From Bacillota bacterium (GTDB lineage: Bacteria; Bacillota; SHA-98; UBA4971), in assembly GCA_040752635.1 (NCBI GenBank), contig JBFMGS010000001.1, positions 29,645 through 93,644 on the forward strand: 64,000 bases of DNA. The letters are read 5' to 3'. The translations under genes and the position numbers were made by a program. Below the pieces are notes generated by a model. The model saw nothing but the letters and a program-made list of their open reading frames with translations. It did not search any database and was not told the DNA's origin. Shown in pieces: positions 36,474 through 46,354 of the stretch (within the stretch, counting starts at the first letter, position 1; each line of letters opens with the position of its first letter).

Positions 36474-37796
36474 CTAAAAGCTGACTATGACTTCAGCTAG
36501 TATCTCCGCTGCTCTCCTCACCTGCCAAAGCTCCACAAACTCCGAAGCAGAATGAGCATTGTCTATGGAACCAGGCCCAAAAACGATGCTCGGGATTCCT
36601 GCAGCGGTTATCTTACTGGCATCAGTGCCGTACGGTACTCCCTTTATCCTCGCACTCCCGAGGATGGCATTTGATGCCTGGGCCATGCGCTGCACAATAG
36701 GTTCCTGTTCTGATACCTCCATAGGGATATCGGTTAGGTAGGGTTCCTCCATGCGGACATCAAGGGACGGATCCCGGGCTCTTAGCTCCTCAAGCACCTC
36801 GTGAAATTCCCGAAGCGCTTCGTCCGCCTTTTCCCCAGGAAGAAGGCGACGATCCACGTGGATGTAACAGTAATCAGGAACCGTATTGACCCCCACTCCA
36901 CCGGAAATGAGGCCTATGCTGAACGTCGGACACCCCACAAGGGGATGCCTTTTGGTTGCATAGGCAGGCTCCAGTTTCTTCCTCACACCCACGATGACAT
37001 CGGCCATCTTATGGATAGCGTTTACCCCTTCCTCCACCCTTGAACTGTGTACCGCCTTCCCGCGTGTCACGATCCGCCAGCGGACGCACCCTTTATGAGC
37101 TATCACTACGTCCAGGTCGGTCGGCTCTCCTACGATCCCTGCATCTGCCCGAATGCCGGACTCCAAGACACGGGTGATCCCGCGAAACTTGTACTCTTCG
37201 TCAGCGACCGCCGCGAGGTAGACAGTCGCCTCAGGTTCGCAGCCGCTCTCTCTTACCAGCTTCAACGCCAACATCATGGCCGCGAGGGAACCCTTGGTAT
37301 CGCAGGCTCCGCGGCCAAACATTCGGCCCTTTTCCACTTTCGGAACAAAAGGCTCCACCGCCATGTTCTCTGCCTGAACAGTGTCCATGTGGGCTTCAAG
37401 GAGCAGGGCTCTGTCCTCCTTCGGTGTTTCCGCTTCACCACTCGCTCCGGTCTTGTAGCGTCTCTTCGCCTCTTTGCGCAGACTTCCTTCCATTGTGACT
37501 AGCACATTGGGCCTTCCTGGAAGCACTTCTTGAAAGTCCACCTTCAAGCCCAGTTGCTTCATGCGATCCCCGACGAACTCTGCTACCTTTTCCTCGCCGT
37601 ACGGGGGCCACGAGAACCCCTCTTCCCCGAAAGGATTAACGCTACTTACGGAAACCAGCTTCCCCAACACCTCTTCCACTTCTTCGTCGGATATGGCGTC
37701 CTTAAACAAGGGCCGTTCGCCATCGTCGCTCTCTTTCCCGGTCGGTGCCGCTCCCTTGTTTCCGCCGTATTTCCCACACGCAGGCAAAGTGATCAC
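36474..37796 (-). CDS. M20 family metallopeptidase (ArgE/DapE/ACY1/CPG2-like amidohydrolase)
   Basis: Metal ligands HMDTV and GRGACDTKG, plus an M20 dimerisation domain. Confidence 0.8.
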   Translation of the reverse strand: MITLPACGKYGGNKGAAPTGKESDDGERPLFKDAISDEEVEEVLGKLVSVSSVNPFGEEGFSWPPYGEEKVAEFVGDRMKQLGLKVDFQEVLPGRPNVLVTMEGSLRKEAKRRYKTGASGEAETPKEDRALLLEAHMDTVQAENMAVEPFVPKVEKGRMFGRGACDTKGSLAAMMLALKLVRESGCEPEATVYLAAVADEEYKFRGITRVLESGIRADAGIVGEPTDLDVVIAHKGCVRWRIVTRGKAVHSSRVEEGVNAIHKMADVIVGVRKKLEPAYATKRHPLVGCPTFSIGLISGGVGVNTVPDYCYIHVDRRLLPGEKADEALREFHEVLEELRARDPSLDVRMEEPYLTDIPMEVSEQEPIVQRMAQASNAILGSARIKGVPYGTDASKITAAGIPSIVFGPGSIDNAHSASEFVELWQVRRAAEILAEVIVSF

Positions 37797-37828
37797 TCCA
37801 ATCTACCAGCAATTGCGCCCACACCTGC

Positions 37829-39103
37829 TCAGCTCGGTGACGACTTGTTTTCCGCTCCAGGCAAGTGGCTTAGCGCTTCTCTCAAACCATCCTCAGTCGC
37901 TGCGAAAGTGGGAATGGTGGGAAGGCACCTGGAAAACGCTGACGTGTCCTTAAGGCCGTGCCCAGTTACAAGGCACACCATAGTCTGCGTCTTTTGAATC
38001 CGACTGCTGTCGATGAGCCTCTTTGCGCCAGCGATCGCAGCGGCTGCTGTAGGTTCCACGAACAACCCCTCGGTCTTCCCCACACAGACTGCAGCCTCCA
38101 TTATCTCCTCATCAGATACGGCCAGCGCTAATCCGCCGGACCTGCGAATGGTCCTGAGCGTGTAGGTCCCGTCATTTCGATAGCCGACAAGCGGATCGGC
38201 TATTCCTCCAGCAATGGTGGCCGGCCTGCTAGTCCACTCCTCGACTACACTCCTGTTCTCCTCAAAAGCTCTGAATATGGGTGCGCAACCCTCCGCCTGC
38301 ACGCCCACCATACGTGGCAGCCCGAATACAAGTCCGAACCTGTTGAGTTCCTCAAACCCCTTGAATATACCGACAAGAAGGGGGCCCGCGCCTATGGGCA
38401 CTATCACCCAATCAGGAACTCGCCACCCGAGCTGTTCTGCCATTTCGTACGCGACTGTCTTGTTACCTTCTATCGGGTACGGGTTGAGAAATGTTGTACT
38501 AATATTAAGCCAGCCGCGTTCTTTCGCCGCGCTCTGCGCGAACCTGAAGGCATCGCTACTTGAACCGTCTACCGAGATCACTTCCGCTCCGCACATGACC
38601 ATCTGCGTGAGCTTGCCGGTAGAGGTTGTCGAAGGAACAACTACCACGCATCTCAGCCCTGCTTTGGCCGCGTATGCGGCTACGGCGGCTCCCGCGTTCC
38701 CGCTGGACGATGTCACGACCGTGTCCACCCCGAATTCAAGCGCCTTTGTGGTTGCTACAGCGATCGGCCTGTCTTTGAAGGAACCCGTGGGCTCTCTGGT
38801 TTCGTCCTTGATGAAGAGCCCATCAAGACCCAGTTCTGAGGCAAGCCTATCGCATTGAAGGAGCTCTGTACCGCCCTCACCAAGGCTGACGACGTTCGTT
38901 GACTCATGCACGGGTAACAGGGGACGGTATCTCCATATGCCTCTTCCTGTGCGGTCCACCAGGCCCTTTGTGGCCACTACCCTGGCAACCTGCTCATAGT
39001 CATATTGGATGTCCAGGATGTTTCCACAAGTCTCGCACGTATACAGGACGCCGAGAGGGTACTGGGCACCGCACCCCACGCACTTCGCAAGGCTCGAAAA
39101 CAT
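37829..39103 (-). CDS. threonine synthase-like PLP (fold type II) enzyme with N-terminal Cys4 zinc ribbon, paralog 1
   Basis: CxxC..CxxC ribbon (CVGCGAQY...CETCGN), PLP lysine region FKDRP, and a glycine-rich loop SSGNAG. Confidence 0.8.
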   Translation of the reverse strand: MFSSLAKCVGCGAQYPLGVLYTCETCGNILDIQYDYEQVARVVATKGLVDRTGRGIWRYRPLLPVHESTNVVSLGEGGTELLQCDRLASELGLDGLFIKDETREPTGSFKDRPIAVATTKALEFGVDTVVTSSSGNAGAAVAAYAAKAGLRCVVVVPSTTSTGKLTQMVMCGAEVISVDGSSSDAFRFAQSAAKERGWLNISTTFLNPYPIEGNKTVAYEMAEQLGWRVPDWVIVPIGAGPLLVGIFKGFEELNRFGLVFGLPRMVGVQAEGCAPIFRAFEENRSVVEEWTSRPATIAGGIADPLVGYRNDGTYTLRTIRRSGGLALAVSDEEIMEAAVCVGKTEGLFVEPTAAAAIAGAKRLIDSSRIQKTQTMVCLVTGHGLKDTSAFSRCLPTIPTFAATEDGLREALSHLPGAENKSSPS

Positions 39104-39451
39104 TCACATCAGGCTCCTTATTGCCGAATTGCGTTTCTGAAACCCTCCCCGGTAGAGTGTTCATGAGGGTTCCTCGTCGTCATACCACCAGGTCATCTGC
39201 GTAGCCGTGGTAACCACCCGCAGAATAGGGTCCGGTTCCAACAGCACAAACAGCAGATATCACTACGACCACCCCTGCCTCGGCGGGTTTGCGGTAGCCT
39301 CATCCTCGACCTCGATGCCTGGTAGCCCGGAATCTACGACCAGTCGCTCGGCGAGCCTGCCCAGAACCGACAGGTAATTGGCTGAATCGTGCCCCGGGGA
39401 CCGCCCTCGCAGGCACGCCGGGATTGCCAAGGGACACTTCGTATGCTAAAC

Positions 39452-40906
39452 CTACTCGTCCTGATACACCTTCAAGGCCTCCTCCAGTCCCTTACCCTTC
39501 CGATCAATCGCGGGAGGGGCCTTAAGTCCCTGGCCAGCGAGTCTCACGTCCTTTAACCCTGTCCCACTGGCTAGACAGACCACCCGGGTGCCCTTCGAAA
39601 TCCTGCCTTCTTGCACAAGGCGAACCAAGGCCGCGATCGTGGTACTACTTGCAGGCTCCGCAAAAATCCCTTCTCTTTCTGCAAGCAGCCTTTGACTCCT
39701 GATAATCTCCTCATGTGATACACTTACCGCGCACCCACCAGAACTGTAGATCGCCTTCAGCGCCATCTCACCATCAAGAGGATACGGATCTCCAATCGCC
39801 GCAGCGATAGTGCAGGGTTCCCCCCATGTCTCGATGTCTCGGGGGTCTGCTGCCTTTTGAAATGCTCTCACAAGCGGCGCGCATCCTGCCGCCTGGACCC
39901 CTACCATCTTAGGCAAGCCCTTTACGACTCCGAGATCGCAGAGCTCGCCGTAAGCTTTCCAGATGGATGCGAGCAGCCCTCCCCCGCCTACAGGGGCAAA
40001 GATCCAGTCCGGTACTTGCCATCCCATATCCCTCGCTATTTCGTATCCTATGGTCTTCGGGCCTTCTGTCTGGTAGGGATTATAGCACCCTGCTGTTGTC
40101 ACGTTGTGCCAGCCATAGCGGTCCTGGATGCTTGCTATGAGGTCTATACAGTCATTTACAGTCCCTTTGACCAAGATAACCTTCCCGCCATACATGATCG
40201 TCTGAATCACCCGTTCACTCGGAGTGGTCGCAGGGACAAAGACGTAGCAGGCGAGACCTGCCTTGGCCGAATAAGCCGCCGCCGAGGAGCCTGCATTTCC
40301 CGCCGAGCCAAGAACTACACCCTTGCCTCCAAGATAGAGGACTTTGGTCACAGCGACACTCATGCAGCGATCTTTAAACGTGCCGGTAGGGTTCGCACCC
40401 TCATACTTGATGAGAAGGTCGTCGATCCCTACATGCTTAGCAAGGTTTCTAGCAGACACAAGTGGTGTATCGCCTTCTCCAATCGTGATTACGTCTTCGA
40501 GTACTCTGCCGCGGGAGCAGCCAGCAAAAGCCCTGCGCTCATCTCCGGCCGCGGAGTCGGCGCCGGGACGTCTCACGCTTCCTCCTGTATCTGATATGTT
40601 CAACTCCACGGGGAGTAGTTCCTTATAGCGCCACATCCCCCGAGGCGCCTTTCTAAACAGTGCATCTCGCAGCAGGCTCTTCCACGTTTCATAGGAAAAG
40701 ACCGCTTCCAGTCTGGCCCCACAGTTTGAACACTTGTAGACGCCCTTCTCACCCGGGAAAGCACAACCACAGCGTGCGCAGCGAAGTTCATAACGCGGCT
40801 TGTGACCTCGCAGTTGCCCTCTGGCATCTCTCTCACCGGACCCGGAGTCTTTGTCGGAACAGAGCACCCTGATCACCTCCCAGCACGCCAGTGGCAGGAA
40901 TTGCAC
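39452..40906 (-). CDS. threonine synthase-like PLP enzyme with N-terminal zinc ribbon, paralog 2 (about 30 aa insertion after the ribbon)
   Basis: CARCGC...CSNCG ribbon, FKDRC, SAGNAG. There is extra Arg/Ala-rich insert SVRRPGADSAAGDERRAFAGCSRGR, and the exact start is uncertain. Confidence 0.75.
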   Translation of the reverse strand: MQFLPLACWEVIRVLCSDKDSGSGERDARGQLRGHKPRYELRCARCGCAFPGEKGVYKCSNCGARLEAVFSYETWKSLLRDALFRKAPRGMWRYKELLPVELNISDTGGSVRRPGADSAAGDERRAFAGCSRGRVLEDVITIGEGDTPLVSARNLAKHVGIDDLLIKYEGANPTGTFKDRCMSVAVTKVLYLGGKGVVLGSAGNAGSSAAAYSAKAGLACYVFVPATTPSERVIQTIMYGGKVILVKGTVNDCIDLIASIQDRYGWHNVTTAGCYNPYQTEGPKTIGYEIARDMGWQVPDWIFAPVGGGGLLASIWKAYGELCDLGVVKGLPKMVGVQAAGCAPLVRAFQKAADPRDIETWGEPCTIAAAIGDPYPLDGEMALKAIYSSGGCAVSVSHEEIIRSQRLLAEREGIFAEPASSTTIAALVRLVQEGRISKGTRVVCLASGTGLKDVRLAGQGLKAPPAIDRKGKGLEEALKVYQDE

Positions 40907-40945
40907 ACAGGCTCCGTTGATTCGTGGTTCCCCGGCTCATCCCCG

Positions 40946-41941
40946 TCACTGAGCGAGTCCAGTACGGTCCATCAGGCGGGCTAAATACGCTGGATCGAAA
41001 TTGCCGCCGCTAACCAGCACTACGGTGTTCTGTGGAACGTTCTTGACTTTTCCGCTGAGAAGCGCAGCCATGGCGGCAGCGCCGGAAGGTTCGGCGAGAA
41101 TCTTGTTGCTGTGAGCCAGAGTGACCACAGCCGACGAAATCTCACTGTCAGACACTAGCACAAGGTCATCCACGTATTTCCCTGTGATCGAGAAAGTGAG
41201 ATCCCCTACCTTCTTGGCTGTCAAGCCGTCCGCGACGGTTTCTACACGATCCAACTCATGCAACCTGCCTCGCCTGAGTGACTCGTACATGGCGGCCGCG
41301 CCGGTCGGCTGGACCCCTATGACTCGGACCGTTGGAGCGCTCTCCTTGATGGCTACCAGGATGCCCGAAATCAGACCCCCACCGCTCACGGGCACCACCA
41401 CCGCTTGAACACCCGGCAGATCCTCCAATATCTCGAGACCTATGGTCCCCTGACCAGCTATCACATGAGGATCATTAAATGGATGTACAAAGATGTACCC
41501 ATCCTGACGCTCCAGCTCAGCCGCCTTGGCTGCGCTTTCCACTGAGTTGTCCCCATAGATTACCACTTCGCCGCCGTAGTATTTCGTGGCTTCCACCTTG
41601 GACGCAATGGAAAACCGTGGCATCACTATTAAAGACCTGATTCCCTGCCTGGTCGCGGCGTACGCTGCGCCCGCTGCGTGATTCCCAGAGGAAAACGTCA
41701 CTATGCCCTTAGCCGCCCCCGGGGCCGATCCCAACTTTCCTTGTGACACGAGGTTTGCAATTGTGTTGTAAGCCCCGCGGGCCTTAAATGCGTGGGTTAC
41801 CTGCAAGGACTCCAATTTGGCGTACACGCCTCTGAGCTCGAATCCGGGAGAACGAGAAAGCGACACAAGGGGTGTCCGTATGATCTTGCCCGCCAGAACC
41901 TCTCGAGCTTTTCTCACATCCTCTATCGATACCATGCTCAT
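40946..41941 (-). CDS. threonine ammonia-lyase (threonine dehydratase), short form without ACT domain
   Basis: PLP motif SLQVTHAFKARGA, SGNHAAG, GGGLISG. The start is set at MSMVSIEDV. Confidence 0.85.
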   Translation of the reverse strand: MSMVSIEDVRKAREVLAGKIIRTPLVSLSRSPGFELRGVYAKLESLQVTHAFKARGAYNTIANLVSQGKLGSAPGAAKGIVTFSSGNHAAGAAYAATRQGIRSLIVMPRFSIASKVEATKYYGGEVVIYGDNSVESAAKAAELERQDGYIFVHPFNDPHVIAGQGTIGLEILEDLPGVQAVVVPVSGGGLISGILVAIKESAPTVRVIGVQPTGAAAMYESLRRGRLHELDRVETVADGLTAKKVGDLTFSITGKYVDDLVLVSDSEISSAVVTLAHSNKILAEPSGAAAMAALLSGKVKNVPQNTVVLVSGGNFDPAYLARLMDRTGLAQ

Positions 41942-42059
41942 TTCCCCCAGTCCACCAGATGCGTTGACACGAAGCGCCACCCGTGTCTCTCTTGCTTCTA
42001 CCTGCAACCCCGCAGTCCGGGATAGTGCTGCAGTCGTCGAAGAAACAACTCCTTTAATC

Positions 42060-43169
42060 CTAGCCGTGTACAAGCTGCACCTTTAACGATCTGTTTTCCC
42101 TGTGGTTAATGGCTGCATCCAGCGCTTCTTCCCATTGGTCAATGCGGAACCTGTGCGTTACCAAGCTTTCATGGTCAACCAGGCCGGCAGAGAGGAGAGT
42201 AAGTGCAACCTGGTATTCCCTCCTACATCCATCCTCCGTGTACGAATAACAACTCGACGAGAGGAGATCGACTTCCTTGAACACCATGGTCTGAAGGTTG
42301 ACTGGATGCTGTCCCCCAAAGACTCCGAGTATGACGACCTTTCCACCTGGTCTGCACATATCTATTCCCTGTTGGACAGTATCGGAGGCACCGCCAACGC
42401 ACTCATATACTTGGTCGGCGCCCCACCCGTCTGTAAGCGACATCACCTCGCGTACAGCGTCGGCTCCTCTTTCCAGCACGATGACCTCGCTGGCGCCCAG
42501 CTCACGTGCCATCTCTGCTTGAAATCCATATTTGGCCACAGCAATTACACTTAATACACCCTGAAGCCTCAGGCACTGAATGAGGTCCAACCCTACAACT
42601 CCGCAGCCGAGCACCACGACAGTATCACCCATGCGCGGCTGAGCCCGCCCGACCGCGTGCACGCCTACAGCCAAGACGTCCAAGAGCGAAGCGGCCTCAT
42701 CACTGACATTGTCTGGCACTTTGAAGAGCCTGGTGTGGTGATAGGCGGAGTACTGGCCGTACCCCCCAGGAAGCATTCGCTTAACGGGGACTCCCACGAG
42801 TGTAAGCTCGGGACACCTTTGATATTGTCCCACCCGACACATCGGGCACGGAGTCCTCCCGAGTTCCAGGCACCCATGGAGCGGTTCACCTGCAACGCGG
42901 TCTCCCGGCACCAGCCCACTCACATCTGGGCCAACCTCCACAACTATGCCCGAGTTCTCGTGCCCAAGGACGGCCGGAAGATTGGAGTCGGGTATCAGGT
43001 GCCGCGCTGTGCCCAACAAGTAGTGAAGGTCTGAGCCACATATCCCCGCCGCCCTGTTTTCAATCACCACCCAGCCCGGCCCAGCTACAGGCTTTGGGAA
43101 CTCTAGCAATTGCATGCTCTCAGGGTACTTGCCTCCGTTCCACGCTACTGCCAGCATCGTCTCCTTCAT
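42060..43169 (-). CDS. zinc-dependent medium-chain alcohol dehydrogenase (threonine/sorbitol dehydrogenase-like)
   Basis: GHE zinc site (GHENSGIV), structural zinc Cys cluster (CPMCRVGQYQRC) and Rossmann motif GCGVVG. Confidence 0.8.
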   Translation of the reverse strand: MKETMLAVAWNGGKYPESMQLLEFPKPVAGPGWVVIENRAAGICGSDLHYLLGTARHLIPDSNLPAVLGHENSGIVVEVGPDVSGLVPGDRVAGEPLHGCLELGRTPCPMCRVGQYQRCPELTLVGVPVKRMLPGGYGQYSAYHHTRLFKVPDNVSDEAASLLDVLAVGVHAVGRAQPRMGDTVVVLGCGVVGLDLIQCLRLQGVLSVIAVAKYGFQAEMARELGASEVIVLERGADAVREVMSLTDGWGADQVYECVGGASDTVQQGIDMCRPGGKVVILGVFGGQHPVNLQTMVFKEVDLLSSSCYSYTEDGCRREYQVALTLLSAGLVDHESLVTHRFRIDQWEEALDAAINHRENRSLKVQLVHG

Positions 43170-43377
43170 GTCGTTCGATCCTTTCGTGGTTGCACATGCC
43201 GTTCCTAGTGAGATACGAGGGATTGGAACTTCGATCCTGCACGAAGGCACTCATCCCGTTGGGGAACCCGTATTCCACAGAGATCTGGGCTCGTGACGTT
43301 GCGCGCCAGGGGCGGGCTTATGAGGCGCCTCTGATGGTCACCCCCGGTTCGCGCGGACGCCGCAGCTGCGCGTCTCG

Positions 43378-44481
43378 TCACATAAACGCTATGTTTTTCT
43401 CGGTCTTCGGATCAAACAAGAACACCTGCTCGCTCTTGGCTGTTATGTACACTATCTCCCCTGGTTTTGTGGTGAAGTCCGGAGGCACGATAGCCTTAAG
43501 CCTTGCGTCTCCCTCGTGCTCCATGATAATGATAAACTCTTTGCCCAGTCTCTCGATGCCGAATACCCTCGCCTCCAGTGCACCAGATTGAACGGACCTG
43601 CACAGCCTCAAATGCTGTGGACGCACCCCAAGGACAATCTCCGTCTCACCAAGTTTGGCGGCGTTCTCCAGGATGCGGCCGGAAAGCTCGACTTGCAGTT
43701 CTTTATAAATGAAGTCAAAACCCCCTTCAGTCCTCGCAAGACGTCCGCTGAAGAAGTTCATCGGAGGTGACCCGACAAACCCTGCCACGAACAGGTTTGC
43801 AGGTGAGTTGTAGACTTCCTCCGGCGGTCCCACCTGTTGCAGGTTCCCGTTGTTCATCACCGCAATGCGGTCCCCCATGGTCATGGCCTCAACCTGGTCA
43901 TGTGTAACAAACACCATGGTTACCCCCAGAGTTTCCTGTAGGTTCACCAACTCTGGTCGGAGACTCTCTCGTAAGGCAGCGTCAAGGTTGGCGAGAGGCT
44001 CATCCATCAGGAAAGCTTCTGGTTCTCGGACAATAGCCTTGGCGGTCGCCACTCGCTGCCGTTCCCCACCGCTCATCTCCGAGGGCAGCTTGTCAAGCAG
44101 CGGTTCAATCTTCAGGAGGCTGGCAGCCTTCTGCACACGGGCTTGTATCTCATCTTTCGGCAGACGGCTTTTCCTCAGACTCATCTCGATGTTCCGTCGC
44201 CCTGATAGGTGTGGGTAAAGCAGAGATGATTGGAACACCATAGCAATGTTACGAAGATGGGGGGGCAGGTTCGTGACATCCTTCCCGTTGAAGTATATTC
44301 GCCCGCTTGATGGCCTTTCCAACCCAGCGATGCAGTTGAGGGTGGTTGTCTTCCCGCACCCTGAGGGGCCAAGGAGGACCATCAACTCCCCGTCCTTTAT
44401 GTGCAGGGTCAGCTCGTTGACTGCTACAGTCCCTCCCTTTGCGAACTCTTTGCGCATTTTCTCGATGAGTATTTCCGCCAT
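43378..44481 (-). CDS. sugar ABC transporter ATP-binding protein (MalK/UgpC type)
   Basis: Walker A GPSGCGKTT, signature LSGGERQRV, Walker B, plus a C-terminal TOBE-like domain. Confidence 0.9.
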   Translation of the reverse strand: MAEILIEKMRKEFAKGGTVAVNELTLHIKDGELMVLLGPSGCGKTTTLNCIAGLERPSSGRIYFNGKDVTNLPPHLRNIAMVFQSSLLYPHLSGRRNIEMSLRKSRLPKDEIQARVQKAASLLKIEPLLDKLPSEMSGGERQRVATAKAIVREPEAFLMDEPLANLDAALRESLRPELVNLQETLGVTMVFVTHDQVEAMTMGDRIAVMNNGNLQQVGPPEEVYNSPANLFVAGFVGSPPMNFFSGRLARTEGGFDFIYKELQVELSGRILENAAKLGETEIVLGVRPQHLRLCRSVQSGALEARVFGIERLGKEFIIIMEHEGDARLKAIVPPDFTTKPGEIVYITAKSEQVFLFDPKTEKNIAFM

Positions 44482-44487
44482 CTAAGA

Positions 44488-45348
44488 TCACCTTCCCATG
44501 GGTTCTACGATGTTCATCTTCGTTATGTGCCTCTGGAGCAAGTAGGCGACTGCGAAAGGTGGTACCATTGAATACAGGACTGCGGCGGACAGATGTTCCG
44601 GCTCCGGATGCTGGAACAGGAACCCGGAGATCGATGCAGGCAAAGTCGTGGCACTGGTGCCGTTCACTAGTATCTGGGCAAAGGCATACTCGTTCCAGGA
44701 GAAAAGGAAGGCGACTATCGCACCCACCATGATCCCAACCCTTGCCATCGGGATGACGATCATTACGAGTGTCTCAAATCTTGAGAATCCGTCAGTGCGT
44801 GCCAAACGTTCCACGTAAGGAACATTGCGGAAGAATCCGCTCAGCAACCAGGTGACGAAGGGAACTGTTATCGTCAGTGTGACAATCACGAGCCCCAGCA
44901 ACGTACCTGTCAACCGGAGTTTCATGAACAAAGCAAAGAAGGGTATGAGAGTTACGATCGGCGGTACCGCAACACAGAAGAGGAGGGCGAACAACAGTTT
45001 ATTCTTATGGGGGAACTCTAGTCGCCCAAACGTATAGCCGAGCGGCACCACCAGCACCATGGTAATGACCGTGACAACCGCCGCCAGAATGAAGCTGTTC
45101 AGTAGCCCACGCACTACTTGCCCCGATTGCCCGGACGGAAGAAAAACTTCCCCCGTTCTTGACACATACTGGCGCCCCAAAACGGTGATCAGTCCCATGA
45201 TCGTTGGATGTTTCGGGTAGAACGACGGGGGAAAACTGGAGATCTCAGCCGGGGTTTTGAAAGCCATCGATAGAAACCAGTACAGTGGCGTGACCGTCCA
45301 TAAGATCACCAAGACTATTACCAGCCACTTGGTGTAGACATCCTTCAT
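44488..45348 (-). CDS. carbohydrate ABC transporter permease (MalG/UgpE-like)
   Basis: Six TM helices and an EAA-like loop (LARTDGFSRFETLVMIVIP). Confidence 0.85.
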   Translation of the reverse strand: MKDVYTKWLVIVLVILWTVTPLYWFLSMAFKTPAEISSFPPSFYPKHPTIMGLITVLGRQYVSRTGEVFLPSGQSGQVVRGLLNSFILAAVVTVITMVLVVPLGYTFGRLEFPHKNKLLFALLFCVAVPPIVTLIPFFALFMKLRLTGTLLGLVIVTLTITVPFVTWLLSGFFRNVPYVERLARTDGFSRFETLVMIVIPMARVGIMVGAIVAFLFSWNEYAFAQILVNGTSATTLPASISGFLFQHPEPEHLSAAVLYSMVPPFAVAYLLQRHITKMNIVEPMGR

Positions 45349-45352
45349 TGAG

Positions 45353-46243
45353 TTAAGCCTCCCTCCGGCCTATCAGTAGGTAGAGGATGAAAGTGGCAGC
45401 CAGTATCACTATAAGCAGGCAGACCGACATGGCCGCCCCATAGCCTAGGTTGAGGTTTCGGAAGCACTCCTTGTAGATTTGATAGGTCAACGTAGCTGAC
45501 GCCGTCCCTGGCCCTCCTCCCGTCTGAACGAAGACAAGGTCGAAAAGCTTCAAGGAGAACACCGTGGTAATCGCTGCAAAGATATAGAGTGTCTGGCGGA
45601 GATAGGGCAGCGTAACATACGTAAACTTCTCCAAGCTCCCTAGCCTGTCAATTCCGGCCAAATCATACAGACGCTTGGGTATTACCTCAAGATTTGCCAG
45701 GAGAAAGAATGCCACTAGAGGAGCGGTATTCCAAGCATTGCTAATAGCCAGCACTTCAATGACTGCCGGACCGCTCAATAGGTCTATCGTCCGGTTACCG
45801 CCAAGGAGAAAACTGAGGGCCGTCACAATACCCGTGCGCCCGCGCAGCGTGTAGCTGAACATTATGCCGGCTGCATACTGCGATACCGCCCAGGGGAGAA
45901 TCACAACTGACCGCATCACACTACTGTACTTCATAGGTTTGGCTAACACTAGCGCAATACCCAGGCCTATCGCCAGCGTCAGCACCACCGACTCAACGGT
46001 AAAGCGGAGCGACACCCAAAGTGAATGCCAGAAATCGGGGGATGTGAGTACCTCCATGTAGTTCCCAACTCCGGAGAAGACGGCTCGCAACCCGCCCAGG
46101 AAAGTAACATCACAAAAGCTGAGCCAAAGAGAATAACCCAGAGGGTAAAGGACCACCGCTGCCATGAATACTATCACCGGCAACGTAAGCAAGAGGGCAA
46201 ATCGAAGATCGGAGAGTTCCGCGGTGCCTTTTCTCATAATCAC
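45353..46243 (-). CDS. carbohydrate ABC transporter permease (MalF/UgpA-like)
   Basis: Polytopic membrane protein with an EAA-like loop (DLAGIDRLGSLEKFTYVTLP). Confidence 0.85.
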   Translation of the reverse strand: MIMRKGTAELSDLRFALLLTLPVIVFMAAVVLYPLGYSLWLSFCDVTFLGGLRAVFSGVGNYMEVLTSPDFWHSLWVSLRFTVESVVLTLAIGLGIALVLAKPMKYSSVMRSVVILPWAVSQYAAGIMFSYTLRGRTGIVTALSFLLGGNRTIDLLSGPAVIEVLAISNAWNTAPLVAFFLLANLEVIPKRLYDLAGIDRLGSLEKFTYVTLPYLRQTLYIFAAITTVFSLKLFDLVFVQTGGGPGTASATLTYQIYKECFRNLNLGYGAAMSVCLLIVILAATFILYLLIGRREA

Positions 46244-46354
46244 CGACCCCTTGTTCGCGAGTCAAGTTGAGGGATGGGGCGATCATCAACGTGTAGTATC
46301 GCCCCATCCGCTCCCGTTCACAGGAATCTATGCCGCAAACCGGCAGGCTGTGGT

